A DNA stretch of 59,628 nt, filler included, from Sphacelaria rigidula (GCA_964200075.2; 10 parts of 10 records of this genome joined end to end with filler, not necessarily neighbours in it), one strand, 5' to 3'; positions 37,740-50,250 are shown, counted from the first letter of the whole stretch. Notes: generated from the sequence alone by a model not told the origin. Made by a program: numbers and translations.

Positions 37740-39220
37740 TATTCTGCCTGTTGTGTTCACCCGCCAACGGCAAATTCACTCCTCCAGGTTTTCGCTTACA
37801 GCACTTGTCGCCCACGGGGTCGCCCATGACGGCGCCGGAACTTATCGGCGTACTGTATTCTCGCCCATGCACACCGTTGTTGAAGTCTTTTCAGGAGTTC
37901 AAGATGATCATCGACAAAAATATTCGGAACCTTCCTGTCGTGGACCATGGTACGACACAGTGATGAGGAAAGTGCGCGAACGTTGTGCGGAAGAAATCCA
38001 GCAGTTGCTACCCCTAGCGACAGCCGTGCTGGGCCTTGCCGCGACTCCCTGAAAGATTCGACGTATCTGACATATACTTTTTGCATCACGGCGGACCGTT
38101 CTGAGGGGTCCGCCAACTCAACACAAGCGTCGAGATTCACGAAGTAGCGCCGAAACGGACTCCATGAAGAGATGTCAGCGTTTGTCACCGACGGTAAAGG
38201 CGGGGGCGTCAGCCCATTTCCATAACTCCGGCGCTGACCACTCAACCCCCAGAGCGAAGCAGGCCCTGGCGATCTTCCATTCATCCACCGAGCAGGCAAG
38301 TTCCAATCAGTATGCTTCTTCCCTGGCTTTGCCGTAACATGAACCGAAGGCAATGGGTCCATACAACCTCGTTCTTTGGCGATCGTGGTTCCGCCTGATG
38401 CCGGCGCTGTCTTCATGGTCCACCTCTCCTGTCTTTGTGTGCTCCAATACTAACAGGACACACCCGTTACCCGCATCCCACCCTCGTGTCTTACCATGTG
38501 TTGGCGTCTTCCAGGCCACGAATGACAAGCTGATTACTGTCATCGAGGATGTCAACATGGTCGAGTTCATGTACCCCATGGGTGCGTTGAACTGAGTGGG
38601 GATCGCGCAAGTTCTCCGGTGCGCGGTGGGGAATTTTACACACTGATGCAGCATTGGGACACCGGCTACTGCCATGCTTTTTCGAAACCATATATTGTGC
38701 AGCAGTGGGTTCGTGCCACACCGTAGTGGAACTACGACCCTGGTGCTGAGCAAGCAGCGTACGACTTCTTCCTGCAGATGTTTCACAACGTGCGATTCGC
38801 CGATTATTGCAGGCGATTAGGAGAGAGACAGCCACGCGGCAGGCTCTGCGTGCAACGTTGAAGGCTGCCCCCATTGCCGCCAAGCCTGAAGCGCCGCCTG
38901 CGAACAGGGGCGGCGGTGGTGCTTCGGGTGGCACTGACAGAATCGCGCTGGCGCGAAGGCAGCTCTGCTTGCGGTGAAGTTGACCGAGGTGTCCTTCGGG
39001 AAGCTCACAGTCGGCCTGTTGAGGGACCACACCCAGGTGGTGGTGGGGGTAGCCTGAAGGTTCAGAGGAAGGCCCAAAAAATAAAAAATACGCCCATGAG
39101 CGCAGCTTCATCACCTGGTGCCGGGGATTGTTGCTCCTGGGGAGGGCAGTGAGGTATTGGAGAATTTCGACGACGTCCGGGCAGCATCGGCCATGGAAGC
39201 CGTGAATGTCGACGTAGGTT
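37740..39220 (+). pseudogene. Degenerate multi-exon gene remnant of unknown family (possibly transposon-borne)
   Basis: Protein-like blocks, several with ag/gt borders and internal stops: FKMIIDKNIRNLPVVDHG; ATNDKLITVIEDVNMVEFMYPMG; DVSQRAIRRLLQAIRRETATRQALRATL; KLTEVSFGKLTVGLLRDHTQ. Confidence 0.35.
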
Positions 39221-40324
39221 CGCAACGGTAGAGGGAGCTCTATGTCTGGTGACATTTATTTTGTCTTCTCGATAGTGTGAAGAGTACGGTGATGTAAGGT
39301 TCATCCACGACAAATGCACGCATGGCCGCGCTTGATTCGCGCCTGTGGTTAGGGTTAGCGTGGTGTGCCTTGTTTTTCTGACGTGTCGCTCAAGTAGTGT
39401 GTCTATGAACTTTTGGTGACAGCTGTGTGTGTATGGCATGCGTGTGGGATACACCGTGACCACTAGGGGTAACTGATACGTTTCAGAAGTGGCACGTCAC
39501 TGGATATTTATCTCGGCTACCAAAATCTCGGAGCACATCGCACTTGCTACGGTAGATGTTCAAGTGGCGAGCTGTCAGGCGCAAGAAATTACCAAGGAAT
39601 AGGGGCTGGTTTGCATAAGTTGTGCATAATAACCCCCACGTGTTTCATATTGGGGCATTTGAAGATGAGCCTTTATCCTCAAGACGGATATTGTACGCAA
39701 GGTACATCGTGTGAAACAGAGTCGGTTCCACTTTAATAATATTTTCTTTCATCGATTTTTCCGCGATTTCCAACAGGTTTTCCTCGCCTGCGACCGCCTA
39801 TCGCAGTGCACGATTCCTCCCAAAGATTGGGGATCAGGGTATATTTGCGCAACACACCGCAATGAGGATCGTCGATGTACAATATCGGACGACCCATGGG
39901 CTGACCGGCCCTCGGGCGTCCTGCGACTTTGCAGCCCCGGGTTTTCACATTTTCGCGTTTTCGTTCGATTTAAACAATCCCGATCATTCTCGTGGAGCAA
40001 ATACTGGGTATTGTTGCTGTAGTCTACTGCTCGTCTCTCAATAGCCGGGAAATCGTGTTTATGGGACCACTGATGACCGATAACACCCACCGTACACACG
40101 GCATTCTTACTCCATATCACCACGATAAGACGGGGCAAAGGGTAGAGTCCCGAGCACCACTTGCTTAATTTTCAAAAATCTGTCGACGCCGGAACTTTCC
40201 AGTGCTAGGGGTGAATGTCACGGTATATAATTCAGGAAAATACCCGACGGTGATATTTTCCGAACCGAGTTCCGTGCAGCTCAGGGGTCGTGAATCAATC
40301 CTGATCACTTTCTTGACAAATGTT

Positions 40325-40555
40325 GAGTGATGCGACGGTTGGGGTGCACGAATATTTCTGAGCTAAGAATTGTTCGGAGTTATGAAATATGTGAGAGCAC
40401 GCCAGGATTACTATTTCATTGTGCCACGGACATTCCGAATGAAATTTGCAAGCGGGGATACCCCGACCCATATTCTTGTGCATCTAGAATGGTTAGGAGC
40501 CCCTGAACCAGACAAGATTTTGCGAAAAAGGTGCACCCCTACCGTAGCATTACTC
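40325..40555. mobile_element. MITE family C (Sola-like), 231 bp, 25-bp TIR, TSD TGTT/TGTC
   Basis: gagtgatgcgacggttggggtgcac ... gtgcacccctaccgtagcattactc (22 of 25 paired); the 4-bp flanks match at 3 of 4. Confidence 0.75.
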
Positions 40556-41608
40556 TGTCTCAGACTCTTGTAATTTTCTGTCGCTGTTTATTGCGCGAGA
40601 ACTGGAAATAAGTAAGTGTCGCTGATAAAAAATGGCCAAAAACACCCCTATAGTTATACGGAATTAATAATTTCAGTTCCTGTTTAGGCGACTTTTTCTC
40701 GTGGAATATTTTTCGGCTACATGTGACAAAATGGCATCAGCTATCTCCACATTGAGTGTTACCTTTCCGATCGAAGCGGGGCGCTTCCGAATCCATACAG
40801 ATCTGTGCCCAAAATCTGTACGGAGTCGGGATCGTCCGGGGTTCAACATGAGCCTGGCATGCCAAAAGCCAACGTCCAGAGAATCGGAAATTTGATACGG
40901 TCTTTTCACAGCTAGCCGAAAAACATTGCCCGTAGTACCTAAGTCCTTGAAATCAAACCACGGGAGAAAATCGCCTGCAGACGGTCTGAAATTATCACGT
41001 CTGTACGAATACAAACCAGTTCCCATGGAAAAATGGTTCAAGTCCTGCAACAATAAGCGGAAATCTTCATTTTGTTTCTGGATTTGGAACGGGCGCGTAG
41101 TATCTGCCCATCCCCACATCTGAGGTCGAGCGTTCAGTGCGATGAACAACGACACGCTAGGAAAGCTGTTGAAGATCACCGAGTCCGACAATACACCATA
41201 AAAATTATTATTTAGACCGAAATGACTGCACGAGCTGGGCCAGCCTGAAAACGGATCTAAGTTCTCACAGTCCTCGTGCGGAAGATCTCCACATCCAAGT
41301 TTATTATGTGAAATGGCTATTGCTTTTAAGCATACACAATGCCTTGAGTAAGCGGCGAGCACAAACAATCTTGATTTCTCTTCTTGGCGTAACGCTACAT
41401 ACGTGCGAAGATGGAATGTAACTCAAGTTTACTCTGAACCACTATCGGCGCGTATAGCGAGTGATGACTGTTGGCATTAATTGTTTCCTGAAGCACGGGC
41501 GAAGGATCGATACCCATGCCTGCACCTAACTCCTTTACTTCCCTCGGGATATGGCGTTCATATTTTTTCACACTCGGCTCAACATCTCACGTGCACGCTC
41601 ACTTTCGA

Positions 41609-41711
41609 GACACTTTCTACGATAGCCCCCCCCCAAAAAAACCAGCTGGAAGTGTCACGAAAAAAAATGGCCGTACAGCGCCTGATGTTCGGGTTCAGGC
41701 TGCATGAAGCG
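41609..41711. mobile_element. MITE family B left end, cut by the contig end
   Basis: gacactttctacgatagcccccc...aagtgtcacgaaaaaa...gggttcaggc matches 36757-36855. Confidence 0.85.
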
Positions 41712-41811
41712 NNNNNNNNNNNNNNNNNNNNNNNNNNNNNNNNNNNNNNNNNNNNTTAATTAATTAANNNNNNNNNNNNNNNNNNNNNNNNNNNNNNNNN
41801 NNNNNNNNNNN
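41712..41811. other. Artificial contig linker
   Basis: 44 N + TTAATTAATTAA + 44 N. Confidence 0.99.
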
Positions 41812-42487
41812 TAGCTGAGAATTGCCCAGAACGTGCAACGGAGTAAGCAGCGGCAGCTGCTGCTTCAGTCGGAGAGGTCTACTACAGTGTGCTGTAATAT
41901 ACTGTTGTATGTATGCGCGCCACAACGGTTCCCACATTCCCTGTACCCCGGATTAGAGGTATTTTATGTTTTACCCCGGTTCCCATACGCACCCTTCTTA
42001 CTTTTACCCGTAGAACTGGTTCAGCACGAAACCATAAAGCCTCCGAGAGTTTGGCTCGCCACATTAGCCCATTCTGTGAACCTAAATTCCATCTCATGTT
42101 CAGGTAAATTTGGTGAACAAACTACTGCAAACCGAAAAAACTCTGGTGAGCCTCAATATTTCCCCTTGATACTCGAACTAACGACCCCAAGTCCTTAACC
42201 TGGAAAAGAAAACTCCAAGAAGAAAAAACTCGCAACATCAATTATTTTACAAAACTTTCCGCACATCCTACTTCACAAATCGACTCTCTTCCTTGTAATT
42301 TCTGCCTGTGTTCGACCCACACAATTATTTCAACAATCAAACCCAATGTCAAACGGAGAAAAACATTCAAACTGAGATAAGAAAATCAGCCAAAACATTC
42401 CACCGTTCTCCTGGCTCCCTCTGCTCCTCGTTGTCATGTACCGATGCCAAACTACCCCCAATCATCTGCGTCTTCTGATGTCCGTCT

Positions 42488-45400
42488 TCATGTGCGATGA
42501 TGGTCGATGGTCTCCCTCACTCCTCTCCAGCTACAATGTGTGTACGAAGATCTTCGATGTCCCTTGCTGCACATGAAATGCCAGCACCAATCCCCTGCTT
42601 GGTTCCTTGAGATGTTCAGATTTTCCGCCAACAGGTGGACATTGTACCGCCTTCCCAGGTCCAGTATCCTCAAGGTATGCGGGCGACTTTGCAGCGCTGC
42701 ATTTTCCTGGAGTCCCATTATTTGCGCCAACTGCCACCCTGTTTTCTGCATACAGAAATGATTGTAGCATCCAACAAGTTGCGGATCGTAAACGTGAGGG
42801 CCATCATTAATGTTGCCTCTGAGTTCGTAACCCTTGGCCACAAACATTTTTCCTCGCCCCCTCGCCTCCTCCCTTCGTGCCAAGTTAATACGATACTTGC
42901 GATACTTCGCGTTGTCGGGCTTTTCCATCTTCGGATTTCCCATCCAGTATGTAAAAATCACACGACCGTTTTGCTTGACGTCCTCTTCATGTTCCCATCT
43001 CGGCCTTTCCAGATTTTCCCAATATAGTAAGTATTGTACGGACAGCTTCCCCCCCAAACCGCGAGATAAACGGTGGCTCACGATTTTTGTGGGTTTCAAC
43101 CTGTACCTGTTTGTCTAACTGCACGTACACATCCTCCTCTGTCAGGTGTAATGGCAGTGACAATTCCGAGTACTGATTTAACACATGTGCACTCGGGCCC
43201 CAAGGTAGCGATTTAGGCGGCTCCGGCTCATCTTTTAAATTGTAGCACCGCTTACATCGCAACACCAAAACTCGAGGACTCATAATTACTCCCGGCTCAT
43301 TTTTCCGAAGTTCGAGCAAAAGTATTTTTTCTCCTACTAGCTCTCCCTTTTCCGAAATGCCTGCTCCTACCACCAAACTTTTGTACGGCCCCGTCCATGA
43401 GAGAGACAGTTTAGACGATAATGATGTCTTTCCCCCATCCCATACCGCACTTCCTCCCGACATGATCGTACCCCTGGCATCATAAACGAATACCCAGTTG
43501 CCTACTTCCCTTTTTGGTCGTCGATTCAGAACTTCCTCCACTTGCTCATTCCTTGACTCATGTTTGGATTTTAGTGAGTAGTCTTCTTGTCTCACAAGAT
43601 CGTACGCTTTGGTTTGACGATCTTTCATCAACTGCAAATACTCAAGTTGATCTGCCTTCAGTCCTTGGTGTCCGGACGCACCCCTCTTTTCTAGGATGGT
43701 CATGGGTAACCTGGGATACCTTCCGATATGCACCTCATTCGGCGCCAATCCTATTCCCCTACTTACGTTATTGTTGTGTGAGGAAATGGCGTGTAGCAAC
43801 AACGTATCCCAGTCCTTCTGGTCATCAGCCACCAGATACGACAACATTCGACACAACGTGTGGTTTAGTCGCTCTACCGTTCCGTTTGTCTGTGGGTGAT
43901 ACGCACTTGTGCATCGTTTCACGGCTCCCAACATCTCATAGACCAACCTGCTACTTTTGCTGTAAACTCCGTTCCTCGATCCGACAGTAACGTGTGAGGA
44001 CACCCCCACCTTGGAATATAATCATGCGCTAAAATATTTGCACAGCCTTCAGCCGTTTTCTCTTCTGTGCTTAGAGCATTAGCTTCTGCGTGCCTACTAA
44101 GTAAATCCACCATCAAGAGAACGTATGCATTTCCTCTCGTTGAACTCGGCAACGGGCCCAACGAATCGAATGAAACCATCTGCCCTGGTTGACTTGGCAG
44201 CGATAAAGAGATGAGTAACCACCTCACCGTATGTCTTGGATTTTTCCGAGCTTGACATGTATAACATCGCCTAATCCAGAATTTCACACTGTCCTTCATT
44301 CCAATCCACCAGTGATGCCGTTTCAACAGAGATAGCGTAATACGTTTCCCCAAGTGGATAGCTTCTTTGTGGGTTTGATCCATCACCCAAGGTCTCAACC
44401 ACAGTTAGAGGTGCTAATCGGGGTCAAAAACTTGTCCGGGCTGTTCGAGGAAATCACGACGACCACAGAAAAAAATTCCCCTTTTCCTTCAATGTATTGG
44501 GATGCTCCGCCCAAATACACTTGCTTTTGCAATCCAATCTCTTGACGGGTTGATCGCGCGCGCAGGCAACACCCTCCCTGTTCACACCCTAAATCCTGTT
44601 GCTGGCCCTCCACACGCAGCCCATGGCGAGCTCCTTATCCTTCATCTTTGGAGGCCCACACCCTAAACCTGAAAAAATATATAATTTGAAAATAATTTCC
44701 GGCTTACTGATTTGACTGCGGGACGTGCCCTGAAATGAAGCCTGCAGTGCAGTGCATTGGGGTTGTGCGCACCCAAAGCAACAACCGGCGCTCGAATCGT
44801 GCACGTAACCGTGGAGAACCACCCGGATTAAACCTATCCCTCGATGGAGTATGTCCTGAGCAACGCACCGTGCCTAATATTTTCAAGTGAAAAATAATCA
44901 CAGCGAGAAGGGGCTAGGGGGGAAACGTCGTGGAGCAGATCTGAATCGGTCGCGGAGTAACTTTACTTCAGTGCGTACGCATGTGCAAAGATGATACCCT
45001 CAGACAGACGTTTTCTGCTGAGAAATGCCCCGCCGCATGTGTACACAGCCACACAAGGAACCTAAGGTCAAAAGCATTGCGTGTACTGGAGCAGAGAACA
45101 TCATGGTGACCGAATTGTGCTCTCTCCGCCTGTGGTGTTGATTGTATTGATATCGCCATGTTCGCCGTACCGCGTCTACAGCAGCCTCCGTCCGCTGTGA
45201 CTTGAGCTTGCACATCGGGAATACACCAACAAATGTCTCCCACCCTACACTCAACCCAGGGTCGGGCATATTTCGTATTGGCATACTTTTCACTTGAAAA
45301 ATGAGTGCAAAACCCAAATGACCTAAACGGGTGTCGGAAAGTTCAACTTTATATTTAGAGCCGGTTATTTGTGGGAAGAGGCGACCGTCCCCAGGGATTT

Positions 45401-47684
45401 TGACTTGAAAAATGAACACAAGACATCATCCTGGGGATCAAGCGTCACTTTTAGAGCGGACGGGAAGAGGTGACGATCTCCAAATGAGTAATCCGATACT
45501 CGACGATACCCATAGAAGAAGGGAGAAATGCGGCGGGGGGCACAGAAAAGATAACATTGTGCTGTACTGCGCTGTGCTGTACTGATTGTACTTTGCTGTA
45601 CGGTGCACTTCGGCTTTGTCTATTTACACAAAGAGCAGCCACCTCATGATGAGTCAGTTGTGTTTGTTATGGGAGAACTATTTACTTCAAAAATGAGTGT
45701 CCACCGCAGCCCAAGGACTTCATTTGCAACTGGAGGCAGGAGGGGGTGATGGTGTCGGAGAGTTTCGTGTGTAGTCTGATCCTTGGTGATACCCATAGAC
45801 TAACGGAACGAACGCAACAGGTGGGAGAGAGAAGACAACACTTATTCACTGTGATGTTGAGCATTCCAATGCTGTACTTTACTGTGCGTTTTCGATCGGC
45901 TTTGTCTCAACCTATACAGAGGGGCACCCACAGGGCGGGTCATCTGTGTTGCATTGTCACACTTTTGACGTGAAAATGAATGAACAGACCGTACCGGCGA
46001 TGCAATGCAGCAGGGACGTGTGCGTGTCATGGGTGCAGATGGCCTTCTGCGCTTCTTTTCCCAACCGACCTGGCGGCCCATTCGCTTCTTCGCCGATCGA
46101 CTGGACAGATCGTACCCATCTCATTGGCTTGTGCGATTTTCCGCGAGGAAGATCCCGGACACTGTTTGCCAAAATTTCCTATATATTTAGGCCCCGATTA
46201 GCATGTCTAACAGTGGCACGTACGTCCTGGTTGGTTCTTCTCCCAAGTACCTCTCAAACTGTCCCGGATTTCGGTCCATTTGATTGGACATTGGAGTCTG
46301 CTGTTTCACCAATAGAAAACTTCCGTCCGCCAGTTCCAACAGTGTTCCATTTTTCAACAATCTTTTGAACTCGGATAAGCGGATATTCGATTCGTGTGGG
46401 GACACCCTTCTCCTGATCTTTCGTCAACATCGTCACTCGTTTTTTCAAATATTCGATGACAGTCCTAGACGTGAGATCTTCCTGCTGTATCTGAGCCCAA
46501 TCTGTTCGCGATTTCTGGCATAACTGTTCCCCAAAATTACAGGCTTCTTCCGCTTCCAGAGTCGGTGATACCGTTATTTGTGGCCCCGCACTACTGCTTC
46601 TTTCTTCAGTTGTGGGTTCAATTACCGACACTGCCCTGTGTTTGAGAGGCTGTAGCAATCTTCTCCTTATTTCCGTGATCGGACATGCATTCAAGGTTAA
46701 ACCCTGTTCCCATTGTCCACTGACGATGTTACCACGATGGGGATAAATCAACGGAGATTCGTCCGGTACTACATACTGAGGCTTGTCCACTATTTTTCTC
46801 CCTATTTTACTTGCATCACTATTACCCTTCGCTCTTTGTAGCTCTATCCATTGTTGGTCAGCTTTCTCGGAGGTCGTGAGTAGTGCTGTGCTTACTTGTG
46901 TTCCCCCAATTAAAAAAGTCGCTCCAGGGTCCAGCCCATTCATCTTTGAATCACGTGTACTCACTACAGATCCTTTGTGTTTATCCCTGGTCGGGCATTT
47001 GAAATTACTCGGCCAAACTCCGCTAGCACCAATGAAATAGATATCCATGTCTCCCGGGTCCGTGATTTGGGCATCCCCAGACATATCATTTTCATTCGGC
47101 GTCTGTGGTAGAAGCGACAACATATCGGCGTTTGCGTTAACACGCCCTGGCTTGTACTTGATTTCGTACGTGTACACACTGAGGAAGTCGTGCCAACGTT
47201 GAACTCGCGGAACCTTTTCTGCCAGGCTCAGTAAATTTCTCAACGGTTGGTGGTCTGTGTAAATCTCGAACGGCACACCATAGAAAAGTGGCCTGTTCTT
47301 TTTGATGGCCCATACAATAGCCGCTGCTTCTAATTCGGACACACTCCAATTCCTCTCGTTGAGGAGTGTTTCTCTACTTGGGAAAACTGGAGGGCGAACC
47401 GTATTGTCCTCTTGACGTTGTTCAACCACCGCGCCCAAACCATCCAGTGATGCATCCGTGGTGAGCATCTTCATGATTCGGAAATGCTAGAACATTTGTA
47501 TCTGTCAAGGGTGACAACCTTGCCTTGGCTATAGCTTCATGCTCCTGGGTAAACTCAAAACGAATCCCCTTCTTCAACAACTGCGTTAGAGGTTTGAGTT
47601 GTGCAGCCATACGCGGAATGAATTTCCGGTAGTACCCCAACCCTCCCAACAACGATCTGAGCTGAGATACATCTTTCGGCATTG
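42488..47684 (-). mobile_element. Degenerate Ty3/Gypsy pol (RT C-terminus, RNase H, integrase, chromodomain, C-terminal extension), interrupted by a DNA transposon
   Basis: QLRSLLGGLGYYRKFIP; TTDASLDGLGAV...ERNWSVSELEAAAIVWAI...TDHQPL...NANADMLS; HKEAIHLG...CYTCQ; LLSDRGTEF; TSAYHPQTNGTVERLN; WTGPY; IVSHR...QYLLYWENLERPRWEHEEDV. Confidence 0.95.
44406..46209. mobile_element. 1804-bp non-autonomous hAT-like DNA transposon, 5-bp TSD ACAGT
   Basis: acagt|tagaggtgctaatcggggtc ... ggccccgattagcatgtcta|acagt (17 of 20 TIR positions pair). Removing it plus one TSD restores the integrase frame RTYVPLWLRPWVMDQTHKEAIHLG. Confidence 0.9.
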
Positions 47685-47784
47685 NNNNNNNNNNNNNNNN
47701 NNNNNNNNNNNNNNNNNNNNNNNNNNNNTTAATTAATTAANNNNNNNNNNNNNNNNNNNNNNNNNNNNNNNNNNNNNNNNNNNN
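47685..47784. other. Artificial contig linker
   Basis: 44 N + TTAATTAATTAA + 44 N. Confidence 0.99.
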
Positions 47785-47967
47785 GGGGGGGGGGTGGGGG
47801 GGGTGGGGGGGGGGGGGGGGGGGCGGGGGGGTGGAGTTGTATTGTACGTACAGCCCGTATACACCGTATTCTGCGGTATGCGCACGTGTACATCTCCACA
47901 CATGACCCTGTCCCCCTGTCCGCCTCCTTGTGTGCGCGCTTCCGACGCCCCCGCTCGCTGCGGACAG

Positions 47968-48143
47968 GCCCGCGAGCAGGCGCAACCGGCTTGCTGAGCA
48001 AGGCCCGTGAAGATTGGCCCAGCCAGAGGCCCCTCATGGAGGGGCTCGCTGCGTCTGCGGGTCGACACCGTCCGGGCCGACCGAAGTGGACTGAGGGGAA
48101 CACGATCTTCAACGAGCTGGCCAACTTCAGCAAGAATTACCAG
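47968..48143 (+). CDS. Probable internal exon of an unknown gene
   Basis: Pyrimidine-rich upstream region with cggacag|, open frame ...KWTEGNTIFNELANFSKNYQ|gtatac, GC-rich codons. Confidence 0.4.
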
Positions 48144-49456
48144 GTATACTAATGAAATTCTGGCCAGATTGAGTGTCTAACGTCTGATTGAGATTGAGTT
48201 TTATTATTCGCTCTCTGGATCGACCAACTGTTGATGTGTGTGTTGTATTTTGTCTGTGACAATGTCGTGTGCTTATGTCACGGTGGCAGGCTGGATACCT
48301 CTCTTGTGTCTTACTAGCGCTGTCGTTGTGAATGGCCCATATCAATATCGAGTGTCAAATCCATACTCTATGTTCACGCAGCAGATTCTCGTACCTATCA
48401 AATCAAATGGGAAGCTTGTTCTCACCTTTATTAGCTTGGCGATTCTCGCTCCTACCTTTCACCCATAATCATCAGTTGCAATGTAGCGGTTGATGCTGAA
48501 CGTCCAAGCAGAGAGTGGCAGAGGTGTGCAGGGGCGACACTTCGCCGAACCTCAGTCTACAACTGGGAGGCGTTGTGCCTCCCGGGAAGTGGGGAAACAC
48601 AAGTCTGATCTGTATGCCAACCTGCCCCGGGAACCTAAGATAATCCGTGTATCTATTCTCGTACAGGAAAATCCTAGATCTATACAATTCTCGTGACCTA
48701 CGGGTCTGGGAAGGAGATACTGTGAACGTCTATCCACTTCATGACACTCGCCCACGCAGACGAGCCTCAATTATAGATGTAGTGAGGAATCTCAAAAGCA
48801 ACGGAAATTGAGGCTTCGATTCACTCTTGAAGTTATGAGGGGAAGATAGGCGGATCAAAAGATATTCCTGGTCCTGAAAAACGAAAGAGTAAACACAGTC
48901 ATCAGTACCCGTAGGGCAATGGCCAACCCGTTGCCCGATCCTCCCACACCTCAAACGAGAAGAGCAAATGTTGCTTCCAAGAAGCACTATTGCGCAATTG
49001 CGCTTGAATGCGCAGGAGCACACAATGCTATGACGCGCTAGCTAGAGAAAGAGGCAAATCGGGAAAGAACAGAGGATACGAGGGCTACTCAGGGACGACC
49101 AGACTCTACGCTAAAAGGCGAACCACACACAAGAAATGCATGCTGGGTAACCAGCCGAAAGAAAACAGAAAACCAACAAATCAAAAACTCGAAAGAGTCT
49201 AGCGCCAGCCGTACAAGTGGAAGGGATGAATGCGAAGACTCCAGTAGGCATGGGCGAAGGTGCTCCAGACAAGCTCCGGTCGTGGTCCACTGGTGGCCCT
49301 CCAAGTTAGCTCCGTTAAAAGGGTGTTGGCAGTAGTGGTAGCGTGAGGAGGGTCGTACCTGAGCAGTGAAGGCAATTGAATGTTCCAAAGACTAAAGGGG
49401 GAGGGAAGATGAATGACGCCGTGGAGGCAGGGAGTTAAGTGAAAGCTTGTAAAAGC

Positions 49457-50250
49457 TTAAGACGGTGTGTCGACGTCGTGAGTGCGATCGACATTGCGCT
49501 GGATGCCTCGACGGAGGCCCTTGGACTTGAGCCGTTGTAGGCACCAAGAACCTCGTGGCGCTGATCGGATGATGGTGTATGGCGCTGAGCGGAGCTTGAG
49601 CTGCACGGGCTCAGGGTCATCGATGACGCGGATGATGTATGTATTCGCCGCGAGAAGATCGACTGAGTGGATTTGGCCCAGCCACCTGAGGTTATCGCTG
49701 CTCTTGTACCACAAACAGGGACCTTTAGGGAACACGCTCTGTCTGTGCGGATCTTACCATCCCATTGTTTGGTGGTTACTAATTCGTAACCGTCAGCAAC
49801 GAAGCGTGCCCCTTTGTCACGATGAAGTTCGCGGGCTGCAGCGCCGCGGCGCATATTGTGATATTTCTTGCTGTCAGTAAAATGTTGCTGTGCAGGTTGC
49901 GTCCAATAGAGGAGGATTGCACGGCGGTGCAACTGAAGTTCGGACTCGCGTTCCCAAGACGCTCCCCGAAGGCCTTGCCAGTGCATCTTGTACATGACAG
50001 CGATTTTGCCTCCTCGTCCGCGAGTAATCCAGTGGCCAGAGATATGGGACACAGCCAGACGGAGAGGTTGTTCGGTCACGTCGTCAGTAGTAACGTCATA
50101 AGGCGGTGGCTGGGTCGAATAGCTGTTAGGCACGTATTGTGTCAGGCCGGCAGGCAAGTATCTCGGCATGTCACGGTTATCATGCGGATTCGTGCAAGGT
50201 TTGCATCGGTTCACAGGGACGTGAGATTTAGCTTCATGTCCCTGAAGGTC
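49457..50250 (-). mobile_element. Ty3/Gypsy integrase C-terminus: chromodomain plus extension (second family member)
   Basis: HVPVNRCKPC...ISGHWITRGRGGKIAVMYKMHWQGLRGASWERESEL...GARFVADGYEL is colinear with the translation of 42488-43280; one frameshift near 49740. Confidence 0.85.

Noticed and set aside
48205..48950. Possible LTR/PBS/PPT of the Gypsy fragment
   Set aside because: There is no paired LTR, and the PBS-like tggtcgatcc could not be matched to a tRNA with confidence.
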